A stretch of DNA of 64,000 bases from an uncultured Mycoplasmatota bacterium (GTDB lineage Bacteria; Bacillota_I; Bacilli_A; RF39; UBA660), in assembly GCA_946488855.1 (NCBI GenBank), contig CAMLWC010000003.1, positions 3,349 through 67,348 on the forward strand, in the 5' to 3' direction. Shown one piece after another: positions 19,871 through 29,862 of the stretch; positions within the stretch are counted from its first letter, which is position 1; each line of letters starts with the position of its first letter. A program made the translations under genes and the position numbers. Below the pieces are notes generated by a model. It was given only the letters and a program-made list of their open reading frames with translations. It was not told the DNA's origin and made no database searches.

Positions 19871-20275
19871 TTAAAAATTAATATTTTTTATATCTTTTAA
19901 AACTTTTTTCCATAATTCTTTCATATTATCAAATGTTAATAGATCAATAACTTTATCAATATCAATCCATAAAATATCATTTATTTCTGATTCTTGTTTT
20001 TTTATATTTTTATTAATTGGTTTAGCCAAAAAATATATAACCTCTTTATCTATCTTATTATCTATTACATAGTTTAATGAATATCTTTTTTCTTTATCAA
20101 TTAAAACATCTAAATTAGTTTCCTCTTTTGTTTCTCTTATAGCAGTTTCTATTTCTGTTTCATTATTTTCCATATGGCCTTTAGGAAACCCATAAAAACC
20201 TTGTTTTTGATTTATTATTAATACTTTTTCATTATCTATAATTATTGTGCCACATGCTTTCTCTTTTTTTAACAT
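19871..20275 (-). CDS. NUDIX hydrolase
   Basis: Nudix box GFPKGHMENNETEIETAIRETKEETNL, matching GX5EX7REUXEEXGU. Confidence 0.85.
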   Translation of the reverse strand: MLKKEKACGTIIIDNEKVLIINQKQGFYGFPKGHMENNETEIETAIRETKEETNLDVLIDKEKRYSLNYVIDNKIDKEVIYFLAKPINKNIKKQESEINDILWIDIDKVIDLLTFDNMKELWKKVLKDIKNINF

Positions 20276-20278
20276 AAA

Positions 20279-23095
20279 TTATCCTTTCAAATATGGTTTT
20301 AAGAACTCTCCAGTATAACTTTCTTTTACTTTAACAATTTCTTCAGGTGTTCCACAAGCTACTAAATTACCTCCCATGTCTCCACCTTCAGGACCCAAAT
20401 CGATAATATAGTCAGCTACTTTAATAATATCTAAATTATGTTCAATTACTAAAACAGTATCACCATTATCTACTATTTTTTGTAAAATAGTTAACAGTTT
20501 CTTTATGTCATAACTATGTAAACCAGTACTTGGTTCATCTAAAATAAACAAACTTTTTCCAGTAGGCTTTTTTTGTAATTCCTTAGCTAATTTTACTCTT
20601 GCTGCTTCACCACCTGATAAAGTAGGAGCACTTTGTCCTAATTTAATATAAGATAATCCTACATCCATTAACATTTGTAATTTATTTCTTACTTTTGGAA
20701 CATTTTCAAAAAATTCATATGCCTCTTCTACACGCATTTCTAAAACATCATAAATATTTTTCCCTTTATATTTAATATCTAAAGTTTCTTTATTATATCT
20801 TGTTCCATGACATACTTCACAAGGAACATATACATCTGGTAAAAAATGCATTTCTATTTTTTTTACGCCATCACCCCAACAAGCTTCACATCTTCCACCT
20901 TTAACATTAAACGAAAATCTACCTTTATCATATCCTCTTATTTTAGCTTCTTTAGTTTGAGTAAATACATCTCTTATATCATCAAATACACCAGTATATG
21001 TAGCAGGATTACTTCTTGGTGTTCTACCAATAGGAGCTTGTGATATATCAATTACCTTATCAATATTTTCTAATCCTTTTATCTCTTTATATTTTCCTGG
21101 TTTTTCTTTAAATTTATATAAATTACTTGCTACTGCTTTATATAATATTTCATTAATCAATGTTGATTTTCCACTTCCTGAAACACCTGTTACACAAGTA
21201 AATGTATTTAAAGGTATTTTAACATTGATATTTTTTAAATTATTTTCTTTAGCACCTTTAATTTCTAAATACTTTTTATTTCCTTTTCTTCTTTTAGTAG
21301 GTACTTCAATTTTTTCTATACCAGATAAAAATTTACCTGTAATACTATTAGGATTTGCCATAACTTCTTTAGGTGTCCCACAAGCAACTACTTCCCCACC
21401 ATGTAATCCAGCTAAAGGACCAATATCTACTAAATAATCACTTGCCAACATCGTATCAGTATCATGTTCAACAACAATCAATGTATTGCCTAAATTACGC
21501 ATTTCTAATAAAGAATTAATTAATCGTGTATTATCTCTTTGATGTAATCCAATACTTGGTTCATCTAAAACATATAAAACACCAGTTAATCTTGAACCAA
21601 TTTGGGTTGCTAATCTAATTCTTCCAGCTTCACCACCAGATAAAGTACCTGCTGATCTATTTAAAGTTAAATACTCTAAGCCAACATTGATTAAAAAAGT
21701 CAATCTTGATAATATTTCTTTAATAATTAATTCTGATATTTTTGTTTGTTCTTTATTTAATTTTAAATTAGATAAAAATTCTTTTAAATCTTTAATACTT
21801 AATTTAGTTAATTCATAAATATTTTTTTTATTTATTAATACTGATAATACAGAATCAGATAATCTAGCTCCTTTACATTTTGGGCATACTGATTCGGTCA
21901 TATAATTTTCTATCCATTCTCTTATCCAGTTACTTTTAGTTTCTACATATCTTCTTTCTAAATTAGTAATAATACCTTCAAAATAATCTTTACTATTTCT
22001 TGTATTACCATTTTTAGAAGTATATTTAAATTCTAAAACATCTTTAGAACCATATAAAATAATATTCAATTTTTTTCTATCTAAATCTTTAATTGGTATA
22101 TTTAAATCAATATCATAATATTTAGCTAAAGTATTCATTTGTGTGGAATAAATACTATTTTCGTCATCTAAATTTAAAGATACAATTGCTCCTTCATTAA
22201 TACTTAAATCTTTATTTGGAATAATTAAATCTTCATCTATTTTTAATTTAATTCCTAAACCTTTACATTCATCACAAGCACCATATGGTGAATTAAAACT
22301 AAATAATCTTGGTTCTAGTTCTGGAAGTGAGAAATCACATTCAGGACATGCATAATTCTCACTCATAACTATTTTTTCGCCACCAACGACATCAATTACA
22401 ACTTTACCCTTACTTAATTTAGAAGCAAGTTCAATTGATTCATATAATCTACTTCTTATATCTTCTTTTATAATTAATCTGTCAATTATAACTTCAATAA
22501 AATGTTTTTTATTCTTTTCTAAATTTATTTCTTCACCTAATTCATATTCTTCATTATCGATTATTACTCTAACATATCCATCTTTAACTAATTTCTCTAA
22601 TAAATCTTTATGAGTTCCTTTTTCACCATAAACTACTGGACTTAAAACTCTTATTTTAGTATTTATATCTAATTCCATTATTTGATTAGTCATTTCTTCA
22701 ATGCTTTGACTAGTAATTGGTTTTTTATGGATAGGACAATAAGGTATTCCAATTCTTGCATATAATAATCTTAAATAATCATATATTTCAGTTATAGTTC
22801 CAACCGTACTTCGTGGATTTTTATTAGTAGTTTTTTGATCAATGCTAATAGCAGGACTTAAACCTTCAATACTATCGACATCAGGTTTTTCTGTTCCACC
22901 TAAAAATTGTCTAGCATAAGCTGATAGACTTTCCACATATCTTCTTTGACCTTCTGCATAAATAGTGTCAAAAGCTAAACTACTTTTACCACTACCTGAT
23001 ACACCAGTCATGACAATTAATTTATTTTTAGGTAATTCAATATCAATATTTTTTAAATTATTTTCTCTTGCACCTTTAATAATTATTTTATCCAT
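20279..23095 (-). CDS. uvrA: Excinuclease ABC subunit A
   Basis: 938 aa with two ABC modules (GVSGSGKSSLAF and GVSGSGKSTLIN), LSGGE signatures and zinc-finger Cys clusters. Confidence 0.97.
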   Translation of the reverse strand: MDKIIIKGARENNLKNIDIELPKNKLIVMTGVSGSGKSSLAFDTIYAEGQRRYVESLSAYARQFLGGTEKPDVDSIEGLSPAISIDQKTTNKNPRSTVGTITEIYDYLRLLYARIGIPYCPIHKKPITSQSIEEMTNQIMELDINTKIRVLSPVVYGEKGTHKDLLEKLVKDGYVRVIIDNEEYELGEEINLEKNKKHFIEVIIDRLIIKEDIRSRLYESIELASKLSKGKVVIDVVGGEKIVMSENYACPECDFSLPELEPRLFSFNSPYGACDECKGLGIKLKIDEDLIIPNKDLSINEGAIVSLNLDDENSIYSTQMNTLAKYYDIDLNIPIKDLDRKKLNIILYGSKDVLEFKYTSKNGNTRNSKDYFEGIITNLERRYVETKSNWIREWIENYMTESVCPKCKGARLSDSVLSVLINKKNIYELTKLSIKDLKEFLSNLKLNKEQTKISELIIKEILSRLTFLINVGLEYLTLNRSAGTLSGGEAGRIRLATQIGSRLTGVLYVLDEPSIGLHQRDNTRLINSLLEMRNLGNTLIVVEHDTDTMLASDYLVDIGPLAGLHGGEVVACGTPKEVMANPNSITGKFLSGIEKIEVPTKRRKGNKKYLEIKGAKENNLKNINVKIPLNTFTCVTGVSGSGKSTLINEILYKAVASNLYKFKEKPGKYKEIKGLENIDKVIDISQAPIGRTPRSNPATYTGVFDDIRDVFTQTKEAKIRGYDKGRFSFNVKGGRCEACWGDGVKKIEMHFLPDVYVPCEVCHGTRYNKETLDIKYKGKNIYDVLEMRVEEAYEFFENVPKVRNKLQMLMDVGLSYIKLGQSAPTLSGGEAARVKLAKELQKKPTGKSLFILDEPSTGLHSYDIKKLLTILQKIVDNGDTVLVIEHNLDIIKVADYIIDLGPEGGDMGGNLVACGTPEEIVKVKESYTGEFLKPYLKG

Positions 23096-23209
23096 AGTAA
23101 CACCTCAACATTTAATATTTTATCACATATTTCTAATTTTTAAACTATTATTATTATATATCACGAACATATTTTTGTAAATAAAAAAAGTTATAATTAA
23201 AATAACTTT

Positions 23210-25159
23210 TCACTTAACTAATTTTTTAGCATTATCAACCTCTTCAGCATCTAACACCATAATTTTACCATCTTTTTCTATTTGATAGAATTTTTTTACA
23301 TTTTTAACTTTTAAAAGTTTATTATTTTCTATATCATAAGCCATAGAATAATAAAAATTTGTAAATTTACTTGTATTTTCTTCAATAAAATTTAATCTAT
23401 TATTTATAATTTGTTCTGAAAGTAGTTTACCAGTCCTATCAACATAATCAACCTTATCGTTAATATATACTTTACCTAAACCTTCTTTAAAATTATCAAC
23501 CCTACTATATTGACATTGAATAATTTCTTTTCCTGTTTCATCTACATATCCCCATTTATCATTTTTTTCTACCATTACAAAACCTTCATGAAATTCTCCA
23601 ACAAAATCATATATGATTGGTACTACTTCTTTTCCGGTTTTATCTATATAGCCACACTTACCATTCTTTCTTACTCGTGCTAAACCTTTTTCAAAATTTC
23701 CGGCTTCTTCATATATACATGGTACTACTTCTTTTCCACTTTTATTTATAAATCCATATTTGTAATTCTTTTCAACTTTTGCTAAGCCTTCTTTAAAATT
23801 ATCTGATCTATCATATGTAATTTCTAATCTCTTTCTTCCTGTTTTGTCTATAAAATTATATTTGCCATTTTTTAAAGCCATAGCTAAACCTTCTTTAAAA
23901 TTATCAATAAAATCATATATACATGGTACTACTTCTTTTCCGTTTTTATTTATAAATCCATAACTATAATTTTTTCTTACCATAGCTAAGCCTTCTTTAA
24001 AATCTCCAACATAATCATATATACATGGTACTACTTCTTTTCCTGTTTTATCGACATATCCATATTTATTATATTTTTTTACTATTGCTAAGCCTTCTTT
24101 AAAATCATCAATAAAATCATATATGATTGGTACTACTACTTTTCCATTTTTATCTATGCAGCCATATTTGTTGTTTTTTTTCACTTTTGCTAATCCTTCT
24201 TTAAAATTTTCTACATAATCATATAAACATGGCACCATTTCTTTTCCTGTTTTATCTATAAATCCATAACTGTAATTTTCTTTTACTACTAGTGCTAATC
24301 TTTCTTTAAAATTTTTAGCAAAATCATATATACATGGTACTACTTCTTTTCCACTTTTATTTACATATCCCCATTTGTTATTTTTTTCTATTGTTGCTAA
24401 TCCTTCTTTAAAATCATCAATAAAATCATATATAATTGGTATTACTTCTTTTCCTGTTTTATCTATATAGCCATATTTTCCATTTTTTTTCACTTTTGCA
24501 AATTCTTCACTAAAATAACATACTTTGTCATATATACATGGTACTACTTCTTTTCCCGTTTTATCTACATATCCACATTTACCATTTTTTTCTGTTTTTG
24601 CTAAACCTTCTGAAAAATTAGAAATAAAATCATATATAATTGGAATTATCTCTTTTCCAGTTTTATCTATATATCCCCATTTGCAATTTTTTTTAACTTT
24701 TGCTAAGCCTTCTGAAAAATTAGAAATAAAATCATATATAATTGGAATTGTTTCTTTTCCAGTTTTATCTATATATCCCCATGTACCATTTTTTTCTACT
24801 CTTACTATACCATCACGAAATCTAAATACTTTGTCATATATAATTGATTTTTCATTTTTGTCCATATTATCATATTTGTCATTTTTTCTTGCTAATATTG
24901 CCCCTTCACAAATATCAAATTCTTTATCATATATAATTGGGATTATTTCTCTTCCTGCTTTATCCATATATCCATATTTTCCATTTTTACTTACTAATAT
25001 TACATCTTCATAAATTTTAATAAAACAAATATTTTTATAATAATTAACAATTTTTTCTTCTAATATTTCAGGTAAAAACAATGTAATTTTTTCATCATTA
25101 GGTTTTATAATTTGCCCATCATCTAGTTCAAATTCATACACATATTTTACATCTATCAT
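23210..25159 (-). CDS. WG-repeat (KWG-type) protein
   Basis: Start at the ATG after an AGGAGG RBS. Roughly 15-17 consecutive 34-aa repeats of the form WGYIDKTGKEVVPCIYDFxxxFKEGLAxVKKNxK. Confidence 0.8.
   Translation of the reverse strand: MIDVKYVYEFELDDGQIIKPNDEKITLFLPEILEEKIVNYYKNICFIKIYEDVILVSKNGKYGYMDKAGREIIPIIYDKEFDICEGAILARKNDKYDNMDKNEKSIIYDKVFRFRDGIVRVEKNGTWGYIDKTGKETIPIIYDFISNFSEGLAKVKKNCKWGYIDKTGKEIIPIIYDFISNFSEGLAKTEKNGKCGYVDKTGKEVVPCIYDKVCYFSEEFAKVKKNGKYGYIDKTGKEVIPIIYDFIDDFKEGLATIEKNNKWGYVNKSGKEVVPCIYDFAKNFKERLALVVKENYSYGFIDKTGKEMVPCLYDYVENFKEGLAKVKKNNKYGCIDKNGKVVVPIIYDFIDDFKEGLAIVKKYNKYGYVDKTGKEVVPCIYDYVGDFKEGLAMVRKNYSYGFINKNGKEVVPCIYDFIDNFKEGLAMALKNGKYNFIDKTGRKRLEITYDRSDNFKEGLAKVEKNYKYGFINKSGKEVVPCIYEEAGNFEKGLARVRKNGKCGYIDKTGKEVVPIIYDFVGEFHEGFVMVEKNDKWGYVDETGKEIIQCQYSRVDNFKEGLGKVYINDKVDYVDRTGKLLSEQIINNRLNFIEENTSKFTNFYYSMAYDIENNKLLKVKNVKKFYQIEKDGKIMVLDAEEVDNAKKLVK
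23400..24990 (-). repeat. Intragenic 102-bp (34-codon) tandem repeat array of the WG-repeat gene
   Basis: The periodicity is visible in both protein and DNA. The most similar adjacent copies are at 24606-24707 and 24708-24809, and the string CCTTCTGAAAAATTAGAAATAAAATCATATATAATTGGAATT recurs exactly 102 nt apart. Confidence 0.85.
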
Positions 25160-25225
25160 ATCCAATCCTCCTAAGTAGGTTATATTTTAACATTTATAAT
25201 AAGAAAAAGCAAAAAAAATTTAAAT

Positions 25226-25615
25226 TTATCTTGTTTTAAAATCAGGTTCTAGTTCGTAACTTTTACTTATTCTTTTAACCTTAAACATTTCCATTGTTGT
25301 ATTATTATTAACAACAACATATCCAAATCGATTAATTAAATCATTTATATTAATAAAACCTATTTTATCATCTTTTTTTACTGAAACTATACCATTAGTA
25401 ACTACATCTAACAATTGATATTCTTCTAACATTGTAAATCTTTCATATAAATCAATATAACCTAATTTACCATTTTCATTAACTATTCTTGGATTAACTT
25501 TATCCACTCCAAATTGTTTAGCAGTTTCTTTCTTACTTAATTGTTTAGTAATTAATAAAGAAAAATTACCATAGTCAGTATAATTTTCACCATTTATCAA
25601 TTCAAATTCAAACAT
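25226..25615 (-). CDS. Small protein with degenerate WG-like repeats
   Basis: Start at MFEFELINGENY, with a GGAGG RBS inside the upstream gene. It contains GKLGYIDLYERF and DKIGFININ. The N-terminus (FEFEL.NG) echoes that of the large WG protein (YEFELDDG). Confidence 0.5.
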   Translation of the reverse strand: MFEFELINGENYTDYGNFSLLITKQLSKKETAKQFGVDKVNPRIVNENGKLGYIDLYERFTMLEEYQLLDVVTNGIVSVKKDDKIGFININDLINRFGYVVVNNNTTMEMFKVKRISKSYELEPDFKTR

Positions 25616-27347
25616 ATAAACCTCCATTTTTACTTAAAACTTTATCTAATTTTTTAATATCCTGTTCTAAAGCTTCAAAACCATCACTTAAATTATTTAA
25701 ATTTATACCAATTATTTTTAATAATTCTAATGAATAATCATGACAACCAGCAGATAAAAATTCAATATATTTTTCTTTTGTCAATATTTTATCAATTAAC
25801 AAATGCTTAACTAAAGTATTAGCAATCAACAATCCTGTAGCATAATTGAATTGATAATAACTATGACGATATAAGTGTCCTAATCTTGGCCATTCATATT
25901 TAAATAATTCATCATAAATAATACTATCACCATAATATTTTTTTAAAAGTTCACTATATTTTTTACTTATTAATTGGGAATCAATATTTTCTTCACTATA
26001 TAACTCAGCTTCTAATTCAGTATACATAATTTGTTTAAATACTGAAATAAAATAATTTTCTATTTCTTTGCTTAAATAAAATATTTTTTCTTCTTCAGTT
26101 TTGGAATTTTCGTATAAATATTTGTTTAACAATATTTCATTCACAATTGAAGCTATTTCACCAATGAAAATTGTACTATCTCCATAAATAAATGGTTGAT
26201 TATTTTTAGATAAATAATAATTAACAATATGACCAATTTCATGAATTAAATTTTTAACGTCATTATAACTACCTCTAAAATTTAAAAATGAATAATCCAA
26301 CCAAGAAAAAGTTATTGATTGGTGTTTATTATCATCTGATAAAGCGTCAATATGCCCATTTAACAATAAATCAACAACGCTTAAATAATCATCACCTAAT
26401 GGCTTTAATGCATTTTTTATGATTTCAATTGCTTCAGAAATTGTATATTTGATTTTTAAATTATTATCCAAAGGAACTCCTAAATCATATATACAAAGTT
26501 TATCTATATTTAACAAAATTGATTTTTGTTGAATATATTTTTGAATTAAATATAAATTTTTGTTAACTATTTTTATCAAATCATTAATAATATTAGTATC
26601 TATATTTTCTTCAAATAATGACTTTTCCAAAACTGAAGTATAGTTTTCTAATGTACTATTTTCTTTTCTACAGCAATATATTGAATTTAAAATATCAGCA
26701 AAATCATTACTTCTATCTTTAAATGCTTCATCCACTACTAAATAAGTTTTTCTTCTTGTTTCTCTATCTCTAGATGTGATATATTTATTGAAATTAGCTG
26801 AAGTTATTTTTATTTCCTTACCATCAATAGTAATTGTTCCGTATTCAATATCTCTTAATAAATTATTATATAAAACTAATTGTTCACTAATAAAATCATC
26901 ATTTAATCTAATTTTTTCATCATCAACAATATGTTTTTGTATTCTAAATAAATTATTAAGCTCAAATTCATAAATTTTCAAACTAGGATTTTCTTTAATA
27001 AAATTATTAACATTTTCTTGACCTAATTCAATAATTTTACAGTCGATAAATTTTAAAGATGAATCAACTAAATTATTTAGTGATTCACCTACCTTTTTCA
27101 TATTGATACATTCTTCACTTTTAATATTTTTATAATATCTTAGAAAACCATACACTAAAATATTATTTGATAATTTTTTTATATTCCATTTTATATTTAA
27201 TAATTTTAATAATGTCTCACTATTTTTTATTGCAATTTTTTTATATTTTTCAACATTTGACAATAAAATTTTTACTTTTTCAACTTCTTTATAAAAATCT
27301 GTTTCTGATTTAAATAATTCACTTAAATTCCATTCTAATTTTTCCAT
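25608..27347 (-). CDS. M3-family oligoendopeptidase (PepF-like)
   Basis: 579 aa. Zinc motif HEIGHIVNYY with the downstream Glu in GEIASIVNE, and PepF-like overall length. Confidence 0.75.
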   Translation of the reverse strand: MEKLEWNLSELFKSETDFYKEVEKVKILLSNVEKYKKIAIKNSETLLKLLNIKWNIKKLSNNILVYGFLRYYKNIKSEECINMKKVGESLNNLVDSSLKFIDCKIIELGQENVNNFIKENPSLKIYEFELNNLFRIQKHIVDDEKIRLNDDFISEQLVLYNNLLRDIEYGTITIDGKEIKITSANFNKYITSRDRETRRKTYLVVDEAFKDRSNDFADILNSIYCCRKENSTLENYTSVLEKSLFEENIDTNIINDLIKIVNKNLYLIQKYIQQKSILLNIDKLCIYDLGVPLDNNLKIKYTISEAIEIIKNALKPLGDDYLSVVDLLLNGHIDALSDDNKHQSITFSWLDYSFLNFRGSYNDVKNLIHEIGHIVNYYLSKNNQPFIYGDSTIFIGEIASIVNEILLNKYLYENSKTEEEKIFYLSKEIENYFISVFKQIMYTELEAELYSEENIDSQLISKKYSELLKKYYGDSIIYDELFKYEWPRLGHLYRHSYYQFNYATGLLIANTLVKHLLIDKILTKEKYIEFLSAGCHDYSLELLKIIGINLNNLSDGFEALEQDIKKLDKVLSKNGGLYV

Positions 27348-27369
27348 TTAAATCACCTTATATTAAAAA

Positions 27370-28485
27370 TTAATTTTTTAATTTAAATTGTTTATCTTTT
27401 TGTCTCATACTAGAGAACTTAGTTAAATCATTATCTTTTACAAATTCTAACAATAAAGTAAAAATAATATTATTTTCATAAATTGATTTATCCCAAAGAT
27501 ACCAAATGTCAAATGCTGTTTGAGCACCATTTTCTAACATATGCTTAACTTTATCACTTTTAAACACAACATTGTTTTGTTGCTCATCTAATTGATTTTG
27601 CATACAATTATCTTGATATACTTTAGCTTGAATATCGGCCTCTATTTTATCACAATAATGACTAAACACTGATTCATTAGTTTGATATTCATCAAATTCA
27701 AAAATTAAATTAATTAAATTAGTTTGATTTGTTAAGCATTCTAACACATCTTCGATTGCATTATGTTCAATTTCCTTTTTCTGTTGTGGCGTTACGCCAT
27801 CAAATGGAGTTATATCCCCAATTAATATCTCACCAACTTCGTGAATTGCTAACATTTCTATTACTTTATTTATATCAATATTAAAATCAAATTCTGAATC
27901 AATAGCAATTGCTAAAGCAATAGTACCAATAATATGTTCGGAAATGCGCTCTATTCTATCACCTTTAACATTCCAATGCTTCTTATCCCAACCAGACCTT
28001 AATTTGTTTTTTAATCGATAATTTAAATAATAAAATTTAAATATTTTTTTATATTTTTCATAATCTTCTATATGATTTAGTTTAAATATAGCTAAATTTA
28101 ATGCCTCTTTATATAAATTTTCAAATGATAAATAATCTCCTTTTTCATCAATTAACTTAGTTAAAGAAAAATCTGTTATTCGAAATCTAAATGCTTCTTT
28201 TGCTTCTAAATTTTTAATTTGTAAGTATTCTATAGCCTCTTTTTCATATTGCTTTCCTTTTTTTAATGTTTCAACTAAATTTAAGTTTGGATTTTTTAAA
28301 GTTATTTCACTTAATATCAACATTCTCACTATTTTACTAATATCCTTAGGTTCACCAAACTCAGAATTAAAAGCAACTGCTAATATGATACTACCATACA
28401 AATTATCAGCAACACTGTATTTCTCATCAGTAAGTATATTTTTTAAATCGTTGGATTTCATATAAAAATTTAAAATATTGTTCAT
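27370..28485 (-). CDS. Tandem HD_3/YfbR-like domain protein (N-terminal copy degenerate)
   Basis: The C-terminal half aligns with E. coli YfbR. ERISEHIIG matches ENVSEHSLQ, LAIHEVGEILIGDITPF matches AMYHDASEVLTGDLPTP (HD becomes HE), and DKIEAD matches KQADAL. The N-terminal half has the same layout but the metal ligands are replaced (DN and LS). Confidence 0.6.
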   Translation of the reverse strand: MNNILNFYMKSNDLKNILTDEKYSVADNLYGSIILAVAFNSEFGEPKDISKIVRMLILSEITLKNPNLNLVETLKKGKQYEKEAIEYLQIKNLEAKEAFRFRITDFSLTKLIDEKGDYLSFENLYKEALNLAIFKLNHIEDYEKYKKIFKFYYLNYRLKNKLRSGWDKKHWNVKGDRIERISEHIIGTIALAIAIDSEFDFNIDINKVIEMLAIHEVGEILIGDITPFDGVTPQQKKEIEHNAIEDVLECLTNQTNLINLIFEFDEYQTNESVFSHYCDKIEADIQAKVYQDNCMQNQLDEQQNNVVFKSDKVKHMLENGAQTAFDIWYLWDKSIYENNIIFTLLLEFVKDNDLTKFSSMRQKDKQFKLKN

Positions 28486-28539
28486 AACTTCCTCCCATAA
28501 AATGAATATATATATTATACACTAACATTAAATAATTTT

Positions 28540-29817
28540 CTATGGTTTTAAAGCTGTTATTGGTACAATGTATATTCCAGATTCAGGATCTCTTGCTATT
28601 ACATCAGTAAAGCCAACTATGACACACATAAATTTAGGTTTTTTAACCATATTATTATATAAATTTAATAAATTTTGTTTAGCCTCTTCAACTTGATTAA
28701 ATCCTAATTTTATTTCAATAATAGCGTATTCACCATTATTAAATTCTAATATAGAATCTGCTTCTAAACCAGTAACATTATCTCTAAAATGATATAATTT
28801 GCCACCTAAATATTCCATATAAATGTTTAAGTCACGTTCTACTAATGCTTCAAACATAAGCCCAAAAGTTTTTAAATCATTCATTAATTTATCTTTAGTT
28901 AAGTCTAAACAAGCACAGGCTAATGAAGGATCTATAAAATGTCTTTTAGCTGTCTTACCTACTCTTTCTTTTGACCTATAATTATTACTATAGGCTTCTT
29001 GGTTTTCAATCATATTAAGTCTATTTAATACATCTAAGTAATCATCTATGGTAATTCTACTTTCAATTAATTCTTTTTCATTAGCAAACTCTTCTATATC
29101 TTTTAATAGAGTACTTTTATTTGAAATAGTCGATTCATTACGAGCCAAACTTTTAAGTAACATCAACATTTTATTTTTATCTCTTTTTTTATCATCGTTA
29201 ATATCTTTTTCGAGAATTGCTTCAATATAACTTTTAGGAATAATTCCAGCCTTATTTTCTTCAATATTTATATTTGAAGGCCATCCACCTCTTATTATTA
29301 AATTAGCTAATTCATCTAAGGTAATTTTAGAATTTAATTCATTTTTTACATTATTATTTAATAAATCACTAATCGAAACTTTTCCAGTTGAATCACCTGA
29401 TTCGTATAAACTCATAGTATGCATTTTTATTTTTCCAATTCTTCCTGCTCCAGAATGATGAATCTTTTCTTTTTGATTTTCATCAGTTAATTTTGTTGAA
29501 CAAGTTAGAATATAATTTCCTTTTGCCGTTGTGTCATCACATTTTCTTCTAATTGCATCCCATATTTCTGGAATTAAATTCCACTCATCAATTAATTCTG
29601 GTTTTTCATTATTTAAAATTAAATCAAAACTTAATCTAGCCTTTTCTTTTATTTCTTCTTCATCTAAATATACAACACTATTAGCGTGATTTAAAGATGT
29701 CCAGGTTTTACCACACCATTTCGGTCCTTCAATACTTACAGCCCCAAAAATAGATAAATAATCATCTATTTTTTTATCAACCAATCTTTCTATATATTCA
29801 TTTTTACGCAATGACAT
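28540..29817 (-). CDS. AAA-type ATPase with C-terminal DUF4143-like (nuclease-fold-like) domain
   Basis: Start at MSLRKNEYIERL after a GGAGGG RBS. Walker A EGPKWCGKTWT. The C-terminal GLEADSILEF..YAIIEIKLG resembles a D..E-x-K motif. The architecture matches the COG1373 family as recalled. Confidence 0.6.
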   Translation of the reverse strand: MSLRKNEYIERLVDKKIDDYLSIFGAVSIEGPKWCGKTWTSLNHANSVVYLDEEEIKEKARLSFDLILNNEKPELIDEWNLIPEIWDAIRRKCDDTTAKGNYILTCSTKLTDENQKEKIHHSGAGRIGKIKMHTMSLYESGDSTGKVSISDLLNNNVKNELNSKITLDELANLIIRGGWPSNINIEENKAGIIPKSYIEAILEKDINDDKKRDKNKMLMLLKSLARNESTISNKSTLLKDIEEFANEKELIESRITIDDYLDVLNRLNMIENQEAYSNNYRSKERVGKTAKRHFIDPSLACACLDLTKDKLMNDLKTFGLMFEALVERDLNIYMEYLGGKLYHFRDNVTGLEADSILEFNNGEYAIIEIKLGFNQVEEAKQNLLNLYNNMVKKPKFMCVIVGFTDVIARDPESGIYIVPITALKP

Positions 29818-29862
29818 TTTATCCCTCCATATAAATTTTATCATAAAATAATTATTTAATCA

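Noticed and set aside
24525-25013. 162-aa + strand ORF with its own internal periodicity
   Set aside because: It is the antisense shadow of the 102-bp WG-repeat array on the minus strand. It has no RBS, its composition is S/F/P/L-rich as expected for antisense sequence, and its periodicity simply mirrors the real gene.
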